Shown here one piece after another: positions 8,212 to 19,500 of a stretch of 64,000 nucleotides of DNA. The stretch's first letter is position 1. Each line of letters begins with the position of its first letter. The stretch spans positions 640,001 to 704,000 of the forward strand of contig CAVTUQ010000002.1 in assembly GCA_963737905.1 (NCBI GenBank), written 5' to 3'. The notes under the pieces are model-generated. The model was not told where the DNA came from and ran no database searches. It worked only from the letters and a program-made list of their open reading frames with translations. The translations under genes were made by a program, and so were the position numbers. The DNA is from an uncultured delta proteobacterium (GTDB lineage Bacteria; Desulfobacterota; Binatia; UBA9968).

Positions 8212-10932
8212 CTAGGGTTTTTCGCGCAGTGCGGCCTGCGCGGCGGCGAGTTTAGCGATGGGAACGCGGAAAGGTGAACAACTTACATAGTCCAACCCGA
8301 CCTCATGGCAAAAGGCAACTGATTTTGGATCACCGCCGTGTTCTCCACAGATACCGATCTCCAGGTTTCGGCGTATTTTGCGTCCTTTTGTGATGGCGAT
8401 CCGCATCAATGCGCCGACTCCGTCACGATCGAGGCTAACGAAGGGATCTTCAGCCAATAGCCCGTCGAGTACATAGGTGGGGAGAAATTTCCCGGCATCA
8501 TCCCGCGACAAGCCCAGACATGTCTGCGTTAGATCGTTGGTGCCGAAAGAGAAAAACTCGGCTTCCTCGGCGATTTCATCGGCCACCAGGCAGGCTCTAG
8601 GAAGCTCTATCATGGTCCCGATCAGATAGCGGACTTTAACCCCATAAGAGGCCATCGTCTCACGAGCGACTTGTTCGACAATCTTCCGCTGTGCGACCAA
8701 TTCTCCACGGGATCCGACCAAAGGAATCATCACCTCCGGAAAAGGATTTTTTCCCTCTTTGCGCAACTCGCATGCCGCTTCGAAGATTGCCCGCGCCTGC
8801 ATCTCGGTGATCTCCGGATAAGAAATCCCCAGACGGCAACCCCGATGCCCCAACATCGGATTGAATTCCTGCAGAACTTTGACTTTATCTCGAAGCCGGT
8901 CAGCCGGAACTCCCATGACTTGTGCTAGTTCAACGATTTCGTCATCCCTATGGGGGAGGAATTCGTGCAATGGAGGATCCAGCGTACGGATGGTCACGGG
9001 AAGATCACCCATGATGTCGAGGATACCTTTGAAGTCTTCTTTTTGCATAGGCAGTAATTTTGCCAATGCCCGCCGCCTTCCCGCTTCGTCGTCCGCCAGA
9101 ATCATCTCGCGTACGGCTTGAATCCTGTCGCCTTGAAAGAACATATGCTCCGTACGGCAGAGACCGATGCCTTCGGCGCCAAAGGCCTTCGCCACGCGCG
9201 CTTGGTCGGGTTGATCCGTATTGGTCCGCACGCCAAGGGTGCGCACTTCATCCGCCCACTTCATGAGCGCGGCGTATTGCTGAAAGACGTGTGACTTCTT
9301 CGGTGTTTTCTCTCCCCCCAGCAGCAGCTGAAGAACCTCAGATGGACGAGTCCGAATTTCTCCCTGGATCACCTCTCCGGTGCTTCCGTCCACTGAGATC
9401 CAATCGCCTTCATTTAATACCAACTCGCCAACCCGCAGCGTGCGCGCTGTATAATCGACGTTCAATGCTTCACATCCGGCCACACAAACCTTTCCCATTT
9501 GCCGGGCGACCAAAGCTGCGTGGGATGTCATCCCTCCCCGGGCTGTAAGAATTCCCTCAGCTGCCTCCATGCCGCGGATATCATCCGGGCTGGTTTCCGT
9601 TCGGCATAGGACGACCTGTTCGCCGTTTTCCCTTCGTGCCACCGCATCCTCTGAGTGAAAAACAATCTTTCCAGTGGCCGCCCCGGGTCCAGCGGGTAGC
9701 CCTTTGGCAAGAATGCGTCCCTCCTTGGCGGCTTGTTCTTTGTCTTTATTGTCAAAAATAGGGCGTAAAAGCTGATTTAGATGGTCTGCCTCAACTCTCA
9801 GTAAAGCTTCCTTCTTGCTGATGATCCGCTCTTTGACCATATCCACCGCGATCCGCACCGCGGCAAAACCAGTCCTCTTACCACCCCGAGTCTGAAGCAT
9901 CCATAGCTTGTTGTCTTCCACCGTGAACTCGATATCCTGCATGTCCTTGTAGTGCGTCTCGAGAATCTTGCAGACCTTTTGAAGTTCTGCGTAGGGCCGG
10001 GGCATTACCGTTTTCAGCTCCGCGATCGGTCTCGGTGTCCGGGTGCCCGCGACCACATCCTCTCCCTGAGCGTTGATGAGAAACTCACCATAGAATGACT
10101 TTTCTCCGGTCGAAGGATTCCGCGTGAAAGCCACACCCGTAGCGCACTTTTCGCCAAGATTTCCAAACACCATGGCTTGGACGTTCACCGCCGTCCCCCA
10201 ATTGTGCGGGATGTGGTAAAGTTCACGGTACGCGACGGCGCGATCGTTGTTCCATGAACCAAAAACAGCTCCTATCGCACCCCAAAGTTGTTGCTCGGGA
10301 TCGCTGGGGAATTCTTTTCCTGTATGCGACTTTACGAGTTCCTTGAATGCAGCGACTAGAGCTTCTAGGTCCTCGGCTTCGAGCTCAGTATCAAAGCGCA
10401 CGCCGCGCTTCTTTTTTCTTCTCTCTAAGATCTCTTCAAACGGGTCACGCTCGGTTCTTTCCTTAGGTTTAAGTCCCAAGACGACATCCGCGTACATTTG
10501 CACAAAGCGCCGATAAGAATCGTACGCAAACCTGGGATTCTGCGTGCGGCGGATTAATCCCTGCACCGTCTCATCATTGAGGCCCAAGTTGAGAACCGTA
10601 TCCATCATTCCGGGCATTGACTCGCGCGCGCCCGAGCGCACGGAGACTAGCAAAGGATTGTCGGAATCGCCGAATCGTCGTCCGAGGATCTTTTCGATTC
10701 TGGCAAGACCCGCCATAACGCCAGATTCCAGCCCCTTCGGGTACTGCCGCTGATGCGCGTAATGGTAGTTACATACGTCAGTTGTGATGGTAAAGCCTGG
10801 CGGCACGGGCGCTCCGATACGTGTCATTTCATGCAGGCCCGCTCCTTTCCCTCCGAGCAGCTCGCGCATGGCTGCTCTGCCTTCGGCTCTACCGCCACCG
10901 AAAAAATAGACTAACTTTTTCTTGTTAAGCAT
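8212..10932 (-). CDS. ppdK: Pyruvate, phosphate dikinase
   Basis: [39 protein letters not shown] (phospho-His), [21 protein letters not shown]. Confidence 0.97.
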   Translation of the reverse strand: MLNKKKLVYFFGGGRAEGRAAMRELLGGKGAGLHEMTRIGAPVPPGFTITTDVCNYHYAHQRQYPKGLESGVMAGLARIEKILGRRFGDSDNPLLVSVRSGARESMPGMMDTVLNLGLNDETVQGLIRRTQNPRFAYDSYRRFVQMYADVVLGLKPKERTERDPFEEILERRKKKRGVRFDTELEAEDLEALVAAFKELVKSHTGKEFPSDPEQQLWGAIGAVFGSWNNDRAVAYRELYHIPHNWGTAVNVQAMVFGNLGEKCATGVAFTRNPSTGEKSFYGEFLINAQGEDVVAGTRTPRPIAELKTVMPRPYAELQKVCKILETHYKDMQDIEFTVEDNKLWMLQTRGGKRTGFAAVRIAVDMVKERIISKKEALLRVEADHLNQLLRPIFDNKDKEQAAKEGRILAKGLPAGPGAATGKIVFHSEDAVARRENGEQVVLCRTETSPDDIRGMEAAEGILTARGGMTSHAALVARQMGKVCVAGCEALNVDYTARTLRVGELVLNEGDWISVDGSTGEVIQGEIRTRPSEVLQLLLGGEKTPKKSHVFQQYAALMKWADEVRTLGVRTNTDQPDQARVAKAFGAEGIGLCRTEHMFFQGDRIQAVREMILADDEAGRRRALAKLLPMQKEDFKGILDIMGDLPVTIRTLDPPLHEFLPHRDDEIVELAQVMGVPADRLRDKVKVLQEFNPMLGHRGCRLGISYPEITEMQARAIFEAACELRKEGKNPFPEVMIPLVGSRGELVAQRKIVEQVARETMASYGVKVRYLIGTMIELPRACLVADEIAEEAEFFSFGTNDLTQTCLGLSRDDAGKFLPTYVLDGLLAEDPFVSLDRDGVGALMRIAITKGRKIRRNLEIGICGEHGGDPKSVAFCHEVGLDYVSCSPFRVPIAKLAAAQAALREKP

Positions 10933-10997
10933 GATCCTCGATCCTTATCCCCGGTTGTTAGAATGCTCGCTACAGCAAAGACCTAGCGGAAGCTACT

Positions 10998-11759
10998 TCA
11001 TGCCAAAGAGAATTGATGAAGAAACGCAGCCGACTTGATCTCCCGCTCCATGTGAAACTCGATGAATCGAATCACGACGGAACGAATCTCCTTTACCACC
11101 CCCGTTGAGAGCGAAATATCCGGTGAGCGTCTTTCCTCTTGGAGGTTCGTCAGGATTTCCAATGTTGCTGCCGAAAGCGAAAAAATTTCTTTCCGCATTC
11201 GCGAACAGGACTCACAAAGAATTCCACCATCCCGCGGACTGAAGTGCCAGCGCGACGCCCATCGATCTCGACGCTCTCTGCCGCAACGTCGGCAACTCTC
11301 CAGCCAGGGCTGATAACCAGCCAATTTAAGGAGCTTAAGCTCAAAAGAGGTTAGAAAAGTTAGCGACGTCGCTTGCTCTTCAAGATGGGTGAGGCCGTCC
11401 TTCAGATGTCTGAACACCAAACGGTTCTCTTCCCGTTCACCAATCAATCCATCTGTAATCTCGACCAGATAAGAAGCAAAGGAAATTTTCTCCAGACTGG
11501 TTAGTAGATGCTTAAACCCGAACGCAAGGTCTGAAGCTATAATAAACACCAAATTACCCTGGGCCCGGTCGTGAAAACGGAGATTGACCAGAGAAAAAGG
11601 TTCTAGAGAATTGACAAAGCGCTTGCGTGAGCGTTTCGCCCCCTTGGCAATGCCGGTAAGTTTCCCATGACTCTCGGTCAGGAAAGATACAATCTTGTCC
11701 GACTCCCCGAAAGCCCAAGTGCGCAACACAATAGCCGGGGTGACGTGGCAAGGAAGCAT
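10998..11759 (-). CDS. recO: DNA repair protein RecO
   Basis: AIVLRTWAFGESDKIVSFLT...GKLTGIAKGAKRSRKRF and a CxxC...CxxC Zn finger. Start placed at ATG 11759. Confidence 0.92.
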   Translation of the reverse strand: MLPCHVTPAIVLRTWAFGESDKIVSFLTESHGKLTGIAKGAKRSRKRFVNSLEPFSLVNLRFHDRAQGNLVFIIASDLAFGFKHLLTSLEKISFASYLVEITDGLIGEREENRLVFRHLKDGLTHLEEQATSLTFLTSFELKLLKLAGYQPWLESCRRCGRERRDRWASRWHFSPRDGGILCESCSRMRKEIFSLSAATLEILTNLQEERRSPDISLSTGVVKEIRSVVIRFIEFHMEREIKSAAFLHQFSLA

Positions 11760-11857
11760 GGTAAAAAATGATCGGAGTTTAAGCTTAAGAGAATTTATCA
11801 CTTTTTATCGAAGCAGACAACTATTTAAAATATCAGAGGTTTTGGCGAAGATGAAAC

Positions 11858-11883
11858 TTGACAATGGAAAACACGATGATTAA
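11858..11883 (+). promoter_or_regulatory. Heat-shock-type promoter motif, copy 1 (grpE)
   Basis: TTGA-caatggaaaacacga-TGATTAA; the same motif and spacing recur before dnaK and lon. Confidence 0.6.
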
Positions 11884-11911
11884 GTTTCCTAAACCTTTGT
11901 GAGGAAAAATA

Positions 11912-12544
11912 ATGGCCGACGAAAAGATTGACGAACAGACAATGACACCTCCACCCGGTAGCGAAAATGAGCCCTCGTCGAACAATCCGGAATCTGCGAC
12001 ACTAGATCAGGCATCCGAGCTGGCAAAGCTACGCGAACAGCTGGAATCAAAAATGAAAGAAGCCAAGGAGAATTACGACCGCTACCTCCGTCAAGTCGCA
12101 GACCTAGAAAATTTTAGAAAGAGAGCTAGTCGGGAAAGGGACGACGCGATTCGCTTCGCTAATGAGGCTCTGGTCAAAGATCTTCTTCCGGTTGTGGATA
12201 ATCTGGAACGGGCCGTGGCGCATTCAAAAGACGGAGGTAACGGAAAGCCACTTGTAGAAGGTGTCGAGATGGTTCTCAAAGCGTTCTTCGATATTCTCGC
12301 CAAACATGGCGTCGTGCCTATTGCAGCCGTTGGGCGGCCCTTTGATCCCGAGAAACATGAAGCAATGGCTCAAATAGAGAGTGGCACCTACGAACCAAAT
12401 ACGGTCGTCGAAGAATATCACAAGGGTTACCTGCTCCGGGATAGACTCCTTCGCCCTGCCTTGGTAAGCGTAGCTAAGACGCCGAAATCTCAAGGGAAAA
12501 AAAACAGCGGCGGCGAGGTTGAAAACGAACCTGGAGATGATTAA
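11912..12544 (+). CDS. grpE: Nucleotide exchange factor GrpE
   Basis: ADLENFRKR, LLPVVDNLERA, FDPEKHEA, KGYLLRDRLLRPALVSV. Confidence 0.96.
   Translation: MADEKIDEQTMTPPPGSENEPSSNNPESATLDQASELAKLREQLESKMKEAKENYDRYLRQVADLENFRKRASRERDDAIRFANEALVKDLLPVVDNLERAVAHSKDGGNGKPLVEGVEMVLKAFFDILAKHGVVPIAAVGRPFDPEKHEAMAQIESGTYEPNTVVEEYHKGYLLRDRLLRPALVSVAKTPKSQGKKNSGGEVENEPGDD
12519..12544 (+). promoter_or_regulatory. Heat-shock-type promoter motif, copy 2 (dnaK), inside the 3' end of grpE
   Basis: TTGA-aaacgaacctggaga-TGATTAA; the final TAA is the grpE stop codon. Confidence 0.55.
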
Positions 12545-12594
12545 ATTTTCACTTGATTATCCGAAATCTTACAGAATTTTAAGGAGTAATTAAG

Positions 12595-14514
12595 ATGGCA
12601 AAAGTTATTGGCATTGACCTCGGGACAACCAACTCCTGCGTTGCAATTATGGAGAGTGGCGACCCGACCGTTCTCGCCAACTCAGAAGGCAGTCGCACGA
12701 CCCCGTCTGTGGTCGCTTTTACCGATAGCGGTGAGAGATTGGTCGGGCAAATCGCTAGAAGGCAGGCCATCACCAACCCTGAAAACACTATTTTTGCCGT
12801 CAAGCGTTTGATCGGCAGGCGTAGTGACGATCCTCTGGTTCAGAAGGCAGCCAAGGTGTTGCCCTATAAGGTGGTTCGTAACGAGAACGGTGACGCCTGG
12901 GTGGAAATTCGGGGTAAACAGTATAGTCCGGCAGAAATTTCGGCTTTTATCTTACAGAAGATGAAGCAGACCGCAGAAGACTATCTTGGTGAAAAGGTAA
13001 CCGAGGCTGTGATCACCGTACCGGCTTACTTTAATGACAGCCAGAGGCAGGCCACCAAGGATGCCGGACGCATTGCAGGGCTTAACGTATTGCGCATTAT
13101 CAATGAACCTACAGCCGCCTCTCTCGCGTACGGACTGGACAAGAAGAAAGACGAGAAGATCGCCGTCTTCGACCTTGGTGGCGGAACATTCGATATATCG
13201 ATATTGGAACTGGGTGACGGTGTCTTCGAAGTTAAAGCAACAAATGGGGATACCTTTCTGGGCGGTGAAGACTTCGACCAAAGAATCATCGATTACCTCG
13301 CAGATGAATTCAAAAAAGATCAAGGGATTGATCTGCGCAAAGATCGAATGGCGCTGCAGCGCTTAAAAGAAGCGGCGGAAAAGGCAAAATGCGAGCTCTC
13401 TTCTTCTATGGAGACCGATATTAACCTGCCGTTTATCACCGCGGATCAGCAAGGACCAAAGCATCTCAACATGAAATTGACCCGCTCTAAGCTTGAGGCG
13501 CTGTGTGCGGATTTGATCGATCGTACGGAAGGCCCATGCCGGCAAGCGCTTAAGGATGCTGGACTCTCCCCCAGCGACATCAATGAAGTTATTTTGGTAG
13601 GGGGCATGACTCGCATGCCTGCCGTGCAGGAACGAGTAAAGAAAATCTTCGGTAAAGATCCCCACAAAGGGGTCAACCCCGATGAGGTTGTCGCTGTAGG
13701 GGCTGCCATCCAGGCCGCCGTTTTGAAAGGTGAGGTCAAGGATGTGTTACTTCTCGATGTTACGCCCCTTTCACTGGGGATCGAGACCCTTGGCGGGGTA
13801 TTTACAAAATTAATTGAGCGCAACACCACGATACCGACGAAGAAAAGCCAAATCTTCTCCACAGCCCAAGATAACCAAACCGCCGTGTCGATTCGCGTAT
13901 TTCAAGGAGAGCGGGAGATGGCGGTCAATAACAAGCTTTTGGGGCAATTTGATCTGGTTGGAATTCCGGTAGCGCCGCGCGGGGTCCCACAGGTTGAAGT
14001 GACTTTCGACATCGATGCCAATGGTATTGTTCACGTCGCGGCCAAAGACCTCGGTACGGGCAAAGAGCAGTCCATCAAAATTACCGCATCGAGCGGTCTC
14101 AGCGAAGATGAGATAAAACAGATGGTCAAAGATGCTGAAGCCCATGCCGCAGAAGACAAGAAACACAAAGAGACGGTCGAAGCACGCAATCAGCTTGACT
14201 CGCTTGTCTACTCGACAGAGAAATCGCTCAAGGAGTATGGAGGCGACTTGGATGCCGGCGTCAAAGAAAATATTGACAGCGCGCTCAAGAAAGCCAAAGA
14301 GGTCTTGGAAGGACAAGATGCCCAGGCGATGCGCTCGGCTGCCGAGCAACTGAGTCAGTCTTCTCATAAACTAGCGGAAGCTATGTATGCTAAGGCTTCG
14401 CGACAACAACCGGAGCAGGAGGCTTCGGGAGACGCCAAGGAACAGCCGACGAGCGACGGTAAGAAAAAGAAAGACGATGTCGTCGATGCGGACTTCGAGG
14501 AGGTTAAAGACTAG
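12595..14514 (+). CDS. dnaK: Chaperone DnaK (Hsp70)
   Basis: [39 protein letters not shown]-terminal VVDADFEEV. Confidence 0.98.
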   Translation: MAKVIGIDLGTTNSCVAIMESGDPTVLANSEGSRTTPSVVAFTDSGERLVGQIARRQAITNPENTIFAVKRLIGRRSDDPLVQKAAKVLPYKVVRNENGDAWVEIRGKQYSPAEISAFILQKMKQTAEDYLGEKVTEAVITVPAYFNDSQRQATKDAGRIAGLNVLRIINEPTAASLAYGLDKKKDEKIAVFDLGGGTFDISILELGDGVFEVKATNGDTFLGGEDFDQRIIDYLADEFKKDQGIDLRKDRMALQRLKEAAEKAKCELSSSMETDINLPFITADQQGPKHLNMKLTRSKLEALCADLIDRTEGPCRQALKDAGLSPSDINEVILVGGMTRMPAVQERVKKIFGKDPHKGVNPDEVVAVGAAIQAAVLKGEVKDVLLLDVTPLSLGIETLGGVFTKLIERNTTIPTKKSQIFSTAQDNQTAVSIRVFQGEREMAVNNKLLGQFDLVGIPVAPRGVPQVEVTFDIDANGIVHVAAKDLGTGKEQSIKITASSGLSEDEIKQMVKDAEAHAAEDKKHKETVEARNQLDSLVYSTEKSLKEYGGDLDAGVKENIDSALKKAKEVLEGQDAQAMRSAAEQLSQSSHKLAEAMYAKASRQQPEQEASGDAKEQPTSDGKKKKDDVVDADFEEVKD

Positions 14515-14561
14515 AACTAGATTTCCTAAAGTAACGCAGTGACTGATCTTCGTGACAAAAA

Positions 14562-14605
14562 AGAAAGCCCCTGCTCCTACTTTTGATTGAGGAGAGGGGC
14601 TTTCT
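14562..14605 (+). terminator. Stem-loop or terminator between dnaK and dnaJ
   Basis: Inverted repeat AGAAAGCCCCT(G)CTCCT...AGGAG-AGGGGCTTTCT. Confidence 0.55.
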
Positions 14606-14634
14606 AACGTATGCAGATTTTTTGAGGTCCAGAC

Positions 14635-15744
14635 TTGAGCGATAAAAGAGATTATTACGACTTGCTAGGTGTCGATCGCGGCGTCGGCGAAGACGAGATA
14701 AAGAAGGCTTATCGCAAGCTTGCGCTAAAGTACCACCCGGATCGCAATCCTGGTGATAAACAAGCAGAGGCCAATTTCAGGGATGTCTCGGAGGCTTATC
14801 AGGTCCTATCGGATTCACAGAAGCGCGCCCAGTATGACCAGTTCGGTCACGCGGCGTTCGGTAATGGCGGTCCGTTTAGCGGCGGATTCGATTTCACTGC
14901 GGGATTCGAAGATGTCTTTGGTGACATCTTCGGCGAGTTCTTCGGCGGCACGAGCCGCCGCAGGAGTCGCGCCCGCGGAGAAGATCTCCGCTACAATCTA
15001 ACCTTAACTTTTGAGGAAGCCGTCACGGGCACCGAAAAGAAAGTCAAAATACCCAGACAAGGTCCGTGCGAGGTCTGCCACGGCAACGGTGCTAAACTCG
15101 GAACCGCGCCGCAGACTTGTCCAACCTGTCGCGGCAGAGGACAGGTGAGCTTTCAACAAGGTTTCTTCAGCGTTTCGAGGACCTGCAACCAATGTCAAGG
15201 CCACGGTACTATCATCAAAGATCCCTGTGCAACCTGCGGCGGCACAGGTCGCGTACGGAAGTTACACACCCTCAGCATCAAGATCCCGGCCGGTGTCGAT
15301 ACCGGATCACGGCTCAAACTGAGAAATGAAGGGGAAAGCGCGCCCACCGGGGGAGCCCCGGGAGATCTTTACGTCGTCATCCAGGTGGACCCTCATCCGA
15401 TCTTTGTTCGCGACAACCTGGACATTGTTTGCGACGTTCCCATAAGTTTCGTGCAAGCGGCCCTGGGTACAGAAATCGATGTGCCGACTTTGGACGGCAA
15501 AGTTAAAATGAAAATTCCTGCGGGGACGCAATCCGGCAAACTTTTTCGCATGAAGGGCAAGGGTGTGAAAGACGTTCAAGGATACGAGCAGGGCGACCAG
15601 CATGTGCGCGTCGTCGTGGAAACACCGACTCACCTGACGCCACGCCAGAAAGAGCTTCTGAAAGAATTTGCTGTTAGCGGTGGAGAGGAAGTCAATCCTC
15701 TCTCGAAAGGCTTTTTTGATAAGGTTAAAGAACTATTCGGGTAG
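14635..15744 (+). CDS. dnaJ: Chaperone DnaJ
   Basis: J domain with HPD, G/F-rich region and four CxxCxGxG repeats; TTG start. Confidence 0.97.
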   Translation: MSDKRDYYDLLGVDRGVGEDEIKKAYRKLALKYHPDRNPGDKQAEANFRDVSEAYQVLSDSQKRAQYDQFGHAAFGNGGPFSGGFDFTAGFEDVFGDIFGEFFGGTSRRRSRARGEDLRYNLTLTFEEAVTGTEKKVKIPRQGPCEVCHGNGAKLGTAPQTCPTCRGRGQVSFQQGFFSVSRTCNQCQGHGTIIKDPCATCGGTGRVRKLHTLSIKIPAGVDTGSRLKLRNEGESAPTGGAPGDLYVVIQVDPHPIFVRDNLDIVCDVPISFVQAALGTEIDVPTLDGKVKMKIPAGTQSGKLFRMKGKGVKDVQGYEQGDQHVRVVVETPTHLTPRQKELLKEFAVSGGEEVNPLSKGFFDKVKELFG

Positions 15745-15827
15745 ACCTGCGAGTCCCAGGAACATCCCTGTCCGGCTCTTATTTGCCTCCAACCACTACC
15801 AAAGACACGTCGGCCCCAAGATTTGTG

Positions 15828-15853
15828 TTGACCTCTAACCCCACTGTGACTAA
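15828..15853 (+). promoter_or_regulatory. Heat-shock-type promoter motif, copy 3 (lon)
   Basis: TTGA-cctctaaccccactg-TGACTAA, ending 14 nt before the lon ATG. Confidence 0.55.
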
Positions 15854-15867
15854 GGTGATGGAAGATT

Positions 15868-18375
15868 ATGAGTGAAGCTGAATGGAAAATTGAAGGTCAA
15901 GAGGGCAAGGGGTCGCAGGTAGAGATTCCGGATGTACTGCCTCTTCTGCCGATTCGCGACATCGTGATTTACCCTTACATGATGTTGCCACTGTTCGTCG
16001 GCCGGGACGTCTCAATCCGTGCTGTTGAAGAGTCTCTCTCCCGTGACCGACTCATTTTCTTGGTCGCGCAAAAAAATTCCGCCGAAGAAGTTCCGACTCC
16101 GTCGGACATCAACCGCGTCGGAACCATCGCTTCGATCATGCGCATGCTCAAGCTTGCAGATGGCCGGGTTAAGATTCTTGTCCAAGGTTTGTCAAAAGGG
16201 GAAGTCGACACCTACTTGCGCGAGCGACCCTTCTTTGAAGTCAAAATACGTAAGGTCATCGAACCCACGCTGCCCGAGGTCCCCATCGAGGTCGAAGCCT
16301 TGATGCGTACCGCTAAGGAAAAAATAGAACAGATCCTAAATCTAAAAAATCTGCCGCCTGAAATCGTCATGGTCACGGACAACATAAGTGATCCTGGCGT
16401 ACTGGCGGATCTCGTGGCGTCAAACCTGCGCCTCAAAATTGAAGAGAGCCAGGCGATTCTCGAGATTTTTGATCCCATTGACCGTTTAAAAAAAGTCAAT
16501 GAACTCCTTAGCCGCGAGTTGGAGCTGTCGACGATGCAGGCCCGGATCCAAAATCAAGCCAAGGAGGAGATGAGCAAAACCCAAAGAGATTATTTTCTGC
16601 GTGAACAGCTAAAGCAGATCCAGCAGGAATTGGGTGAGGGCGACGAACGCACTGAGGAAATCAACGAGCTTAAGAAGCAGCTCGATAAAGCCAAGATGCC
16701 CGCGGATGTGAAACGGGAGGCCGACAAGCAACTCAAGCGATTAGAGCAGATGCACCCGGAATCTTCCGAGGCATCCCTAGTGCGCACCTACCTGGACTGG
16801 CTGGTGGACCTGCCCTGGAGCAAAAAAACCAAAGACAATCTCAATATTAAAAAAGCCAAACAGGTCCTCGATGAAGATCACTACAACCTGGAGAAAATCA
16901 AAGAACGGATTTTGGAATACCTCGCGGTCAACAAGCTGAGACGGAAGATCAAGGGCCCCATTCTCTGTTTTGTCGGTCCCCCCGGGGTTGGAAAAACTTC
17001 TCTGGGAAGATCCGTCGCGCGCGCTTTGGGGAGAAACTTCGTCCGCGTATCCCTGGGCGGTGTTCGCGATGAGGCAGAGATTCGCGGCCATCGGCGGACC
17101 TATGTGGGCGCTTTGCCGGGTCGTGTCATTCAGGGAATCAAACAAGCCGGGTCGAACAATCCGGTGTTCATGCTAGATGAAATCGACAAAGTCGGAGCTG
17201 ACTTCCGTGGGGACCCTTCAGCAGCTTTGCTTGAGGTTTTGGACCCCGAGCAAAACCATGCCTTCAGCGATCATTACCTGAATTTGCCTTTCGACCTTTC
17301 TAATGTCCTGTTCATATGCACCGCAAACATGCTGGACCCGATTCCGCCTGCCTTGGCGGATCGGATGGAAGTCATCCATCTCTCAGGTTACACCAACGAA
17401 GAGAAACTGGAGATTGCTCGCAAATACTTGCTCCCAAGACAACTCGAAGACAACGGCATCTCAAGCAAGTATCTCGAGTTCTCCGATGACGCCGTGTTGC
17501 GCATTATCGCCGAGTACACCAAAGAGGCAGGTTTAAGGAACCTCGAGCGGGAGATCGCCTCTATTTGCCGCAAGGTTGCACGAAAGATTGCGGAGGAAAA
17601 AAAAGATCCTACCCGCATCACCCGCGCCAACCTTCACTCATTCTTGGGCGCGCCAAAATTTCTACCGGAAACCGAACAGGAACACCATGAAATCGGCGTT
17701 GCCACTGGGCTTGCGTGGACAAGCGCTGGTGGTGAGCTTCTCTTTGTCGAAGCCTCCCTTTCAAAGGGGCGAGGAAATTTGACCTTGACGGGACAATTAG
17801 GCGATGTCATGAAAGAGTCCGCTCAAGCCGCGGTCAGTTACGCTCGCGCCCACGCACGCAAGTTGGGAATCGAGGAAGATTTTTATCAGAAGCTCGATAT
17901 CCACATCCATGTCCCTGCAGGAGCCATCCCCAAGGACGGACCCTCAGCCGGAATCACCGTGGCGACCGCCCTGATTTCCGCTCTGACAAAGCGGGCGGTA
18001 AGCCGGGATGTGGCAATGACCGGAGAGATCACGCTGCGCGGCAGAGTGCTGCCTATTGGCGGGCTAAAAGAAAAATCTTTGGCCGCCTTTCGGGCAGGGA
18101 TTAAGACGATTATCCTTCCCGAAAGGAACGAAAAGGATCTTGACGAGGTTCCCAAATCGCTCCGCCGTAGGCTTCGATGGATCGTCGTTACGAACATGTC
18201 GGACGTGCTAAAAATTGCTTTGCTGCCAGAGCACAGTCGTGCTCGGCGCGCTGAATACACAGGCGCTGCTAAAACAAAACTTAGAGCACGCAAGGGAAGA
18301 CGCTGGAAGCGCAGCGAAAGACCTTTACGAAAAAATCAAAGAGAAAGATCCATTCCACTTATACCCAGCCACTAA
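15868..18375 (+). CDS. lon: ATP-dependent protease La (LonA)
   Basis: Lon N domain, GPPGVGKTS, LDEIDK, PKDGPSAG (catalytic Ser), GGLKEK (catalytic Lys). Confidence 0.97.
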   Translation: MSEAEWKIEGQEGKGSQVEIPDVLPLLPIRDIVIYPYMMLPLFVGRDVSIRAVEESLSRDRLIFLVAQKNSAEEVPTPSDINRVGTIASIMRMLKLADGRVKILVQGLSKGEVDTYLRERPFFEVKIRKVIEPTLPEVPIEVEALMRTAKEKIEQILNLKNLPPEIVMVTDNISDPGVLADLVASNLRLKIEESQAILEIFDPIDRLKKVNELLSRELELSTMQARIQNQAKEEMSKTQRDYFLREQLKQIQQELGEGDERTEEINELKKQLDKAKMPADVKREADKQLKRLEQMHPESSEASLVRTYLDWLVDLPWSKKTKDNLNIKKAKQVLDEDHYNLEKIKERILEYLAVNKLRRKIKGPILCFVGPPGVGKTSLGRSVARALGRNFVRVSLGGVRDEAEIRGHRRTYVGALPGRVIQGIKQAGSNNPVFMLDEIDKVGADFRGDPSAALLEVLDPEQNHAFSDHYLNLPFDLSNVLFICTANMLDPIPPALADRMEVIHLSGYTNEEKLEIARKYLLPRQLEDNGISSKYLEFSDDAVLRIIAEYTKEAGLRNLEREIASICRKVARKIAEEKKDPTRITRANLHSFLGAPKFLPETEQEHHEIGVATGLAWTSAGGELLFVEASLSKGRGNLTLTGQLGDVMKESAQAAVSYARAHARKLGIEEDFYQKLDIHIHVPAGAIPKDGPSAGITVATALISALTKRAVSRDVAMTGEITLRGRVLPIGGLKEKSLAAFRAGIKTIILPERNEKDLDEVPKSLRRRLRWIVVTNMSDVLKIALLPEHSRARRAEYTGAAKTKLRARKGRRWKRSERPLRKNQRERSIPLIPSH

Positions 18376-18456
18376 CTTATAGTGCACGCAAAGCTGTTTT
18401 GGTCCGTCTCGCTGTGATTTCACTCGTTGAATACCAAGTGTAGCGGCCATCCCCCA

Positions 18457-19446
18457 ATGAAACTCAGTCGTTTAGGTGAGTTTGGTTTGATCGAACGGGT
18501 GCGGCACGCGACGGCTCCTGGACGCGGTGTCAACCTAGGCATTGGTGACGATGCGGCCTGGGTCCAGACAAGGTCCGGTTCATGTCTATTGACAGCAGAT
18601 CTTCTGATACAGGGTGTCCATTTCGACCTTAAATGGACATCGCTCTACGCCCTCGGTTATAAGACTCTTGCCGTCAACATGAGTGACATCGCGTCTATGG
18701 GAGGTACACCCGCTTATCTGCTTCTCTCTCTTGGAATTCCTGCCGCCTTTGAGATTGAGGATGTGGAGGAGTTCTATCGCGGTATTCGCTCTTTGGCTCT
18801 AGAGAGCGACGTCTCCTTGGTCGGAGGAGATACCAGCGTCGCGAAATCTTTGTTTATCTCAGCCTGCTTAGTGGGGCAGGCGCCTTATCGGCCTATCACT
18901 CGCAGCGGAGCACAAGTCGGGGACGACATCTATGTCACCGGCACACTAGGCGACTCGGCTCTGGGCTTGAAGTTGCTCAAACGAAAGTCGCCTAAGCTCA
19001 GACAGCGCGCGGGCAAGTTTCTTGTCTCGCGACATCGATTTCCCAGTGCTAGACTCCGAGCCGGAGCTAAATTAGCGCGAGAGAAGCTCGCGCGCGCCAT
19101 GATCGACATCAGCGATGGATTGCTTCAGGACTTAAGCCACATCTGCAAAGCCAGCCATATCGGCGCTGTCGTTGCAGAGGAGAAGCTACCGCTCTCGCCA
19201 GCATATCGCTCTCTGGCTGGACAGTATCGGACGCGTTACGCGCTCGCCGGCGGGGAGGACTACGAACTTCTCTTCTGTGCCCGGCGACGCGATCGGTCGC
19301 GTATCGAAAAACTTCAAGGGCACATTGATACTCCGATTACCCGTATCGGTGTCTGTGTCCGTGCGCGCGACGGCATGACGGTCTTGAACCGGAAGGGTCA
19401 ACACATTTCTTTCCGCACTTGGGGTTACGACCACTTTAAACATTGA
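18457..19446 (+). CDS. thiL: Thiamine-monophosphate kinase
   Basis: GEFGLI, GIGDDAA, AVNMSDIASMGG, IDISDGL, GGEDYELLF, GYDHF. Confidence 0.94.
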   Translation: MKLSRLGEFGLIERVRHATAPGRGVNLGIGDDAAWVQTRSGSCLLTADLLIQGVHFDLKWTSLYALGYKTLAVNMSDIASMGGTPAYLLLSLGIPAAFEIEDVEEFYRGIRSLALESDVSLVGGDTSVAKSLFISACLVGQAPYRPITRSGAQVGDDIYVTGTLGDSALGLKLLKRKSPKLRQRAGKFLVSRHRFPSARLRAGAKLAREKLARAMIDISDGLLQDLSHICKASHIGAVVAEEKLPLSPAYRSLAGQYRTRYALAGGEDYELLFCARRRDRSRIEKLQGHIDTPITRIGVCVRARDGMTVLNRKGQHISFRTWGYDHFKH

Positions 19447-19500
19447 TAGAAGGGTCCCCAGAATACTGACAGTAGCGCTGTGATTGAGACAAAGCCCTAA

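Noticed and set aside
8212-11759. recO directly upstream of ppdK without the glyQ-glyS genes often found between them
   Set aside because: Most likely a simple rearrangement; it cannot be evaluated without the rest of the genome.
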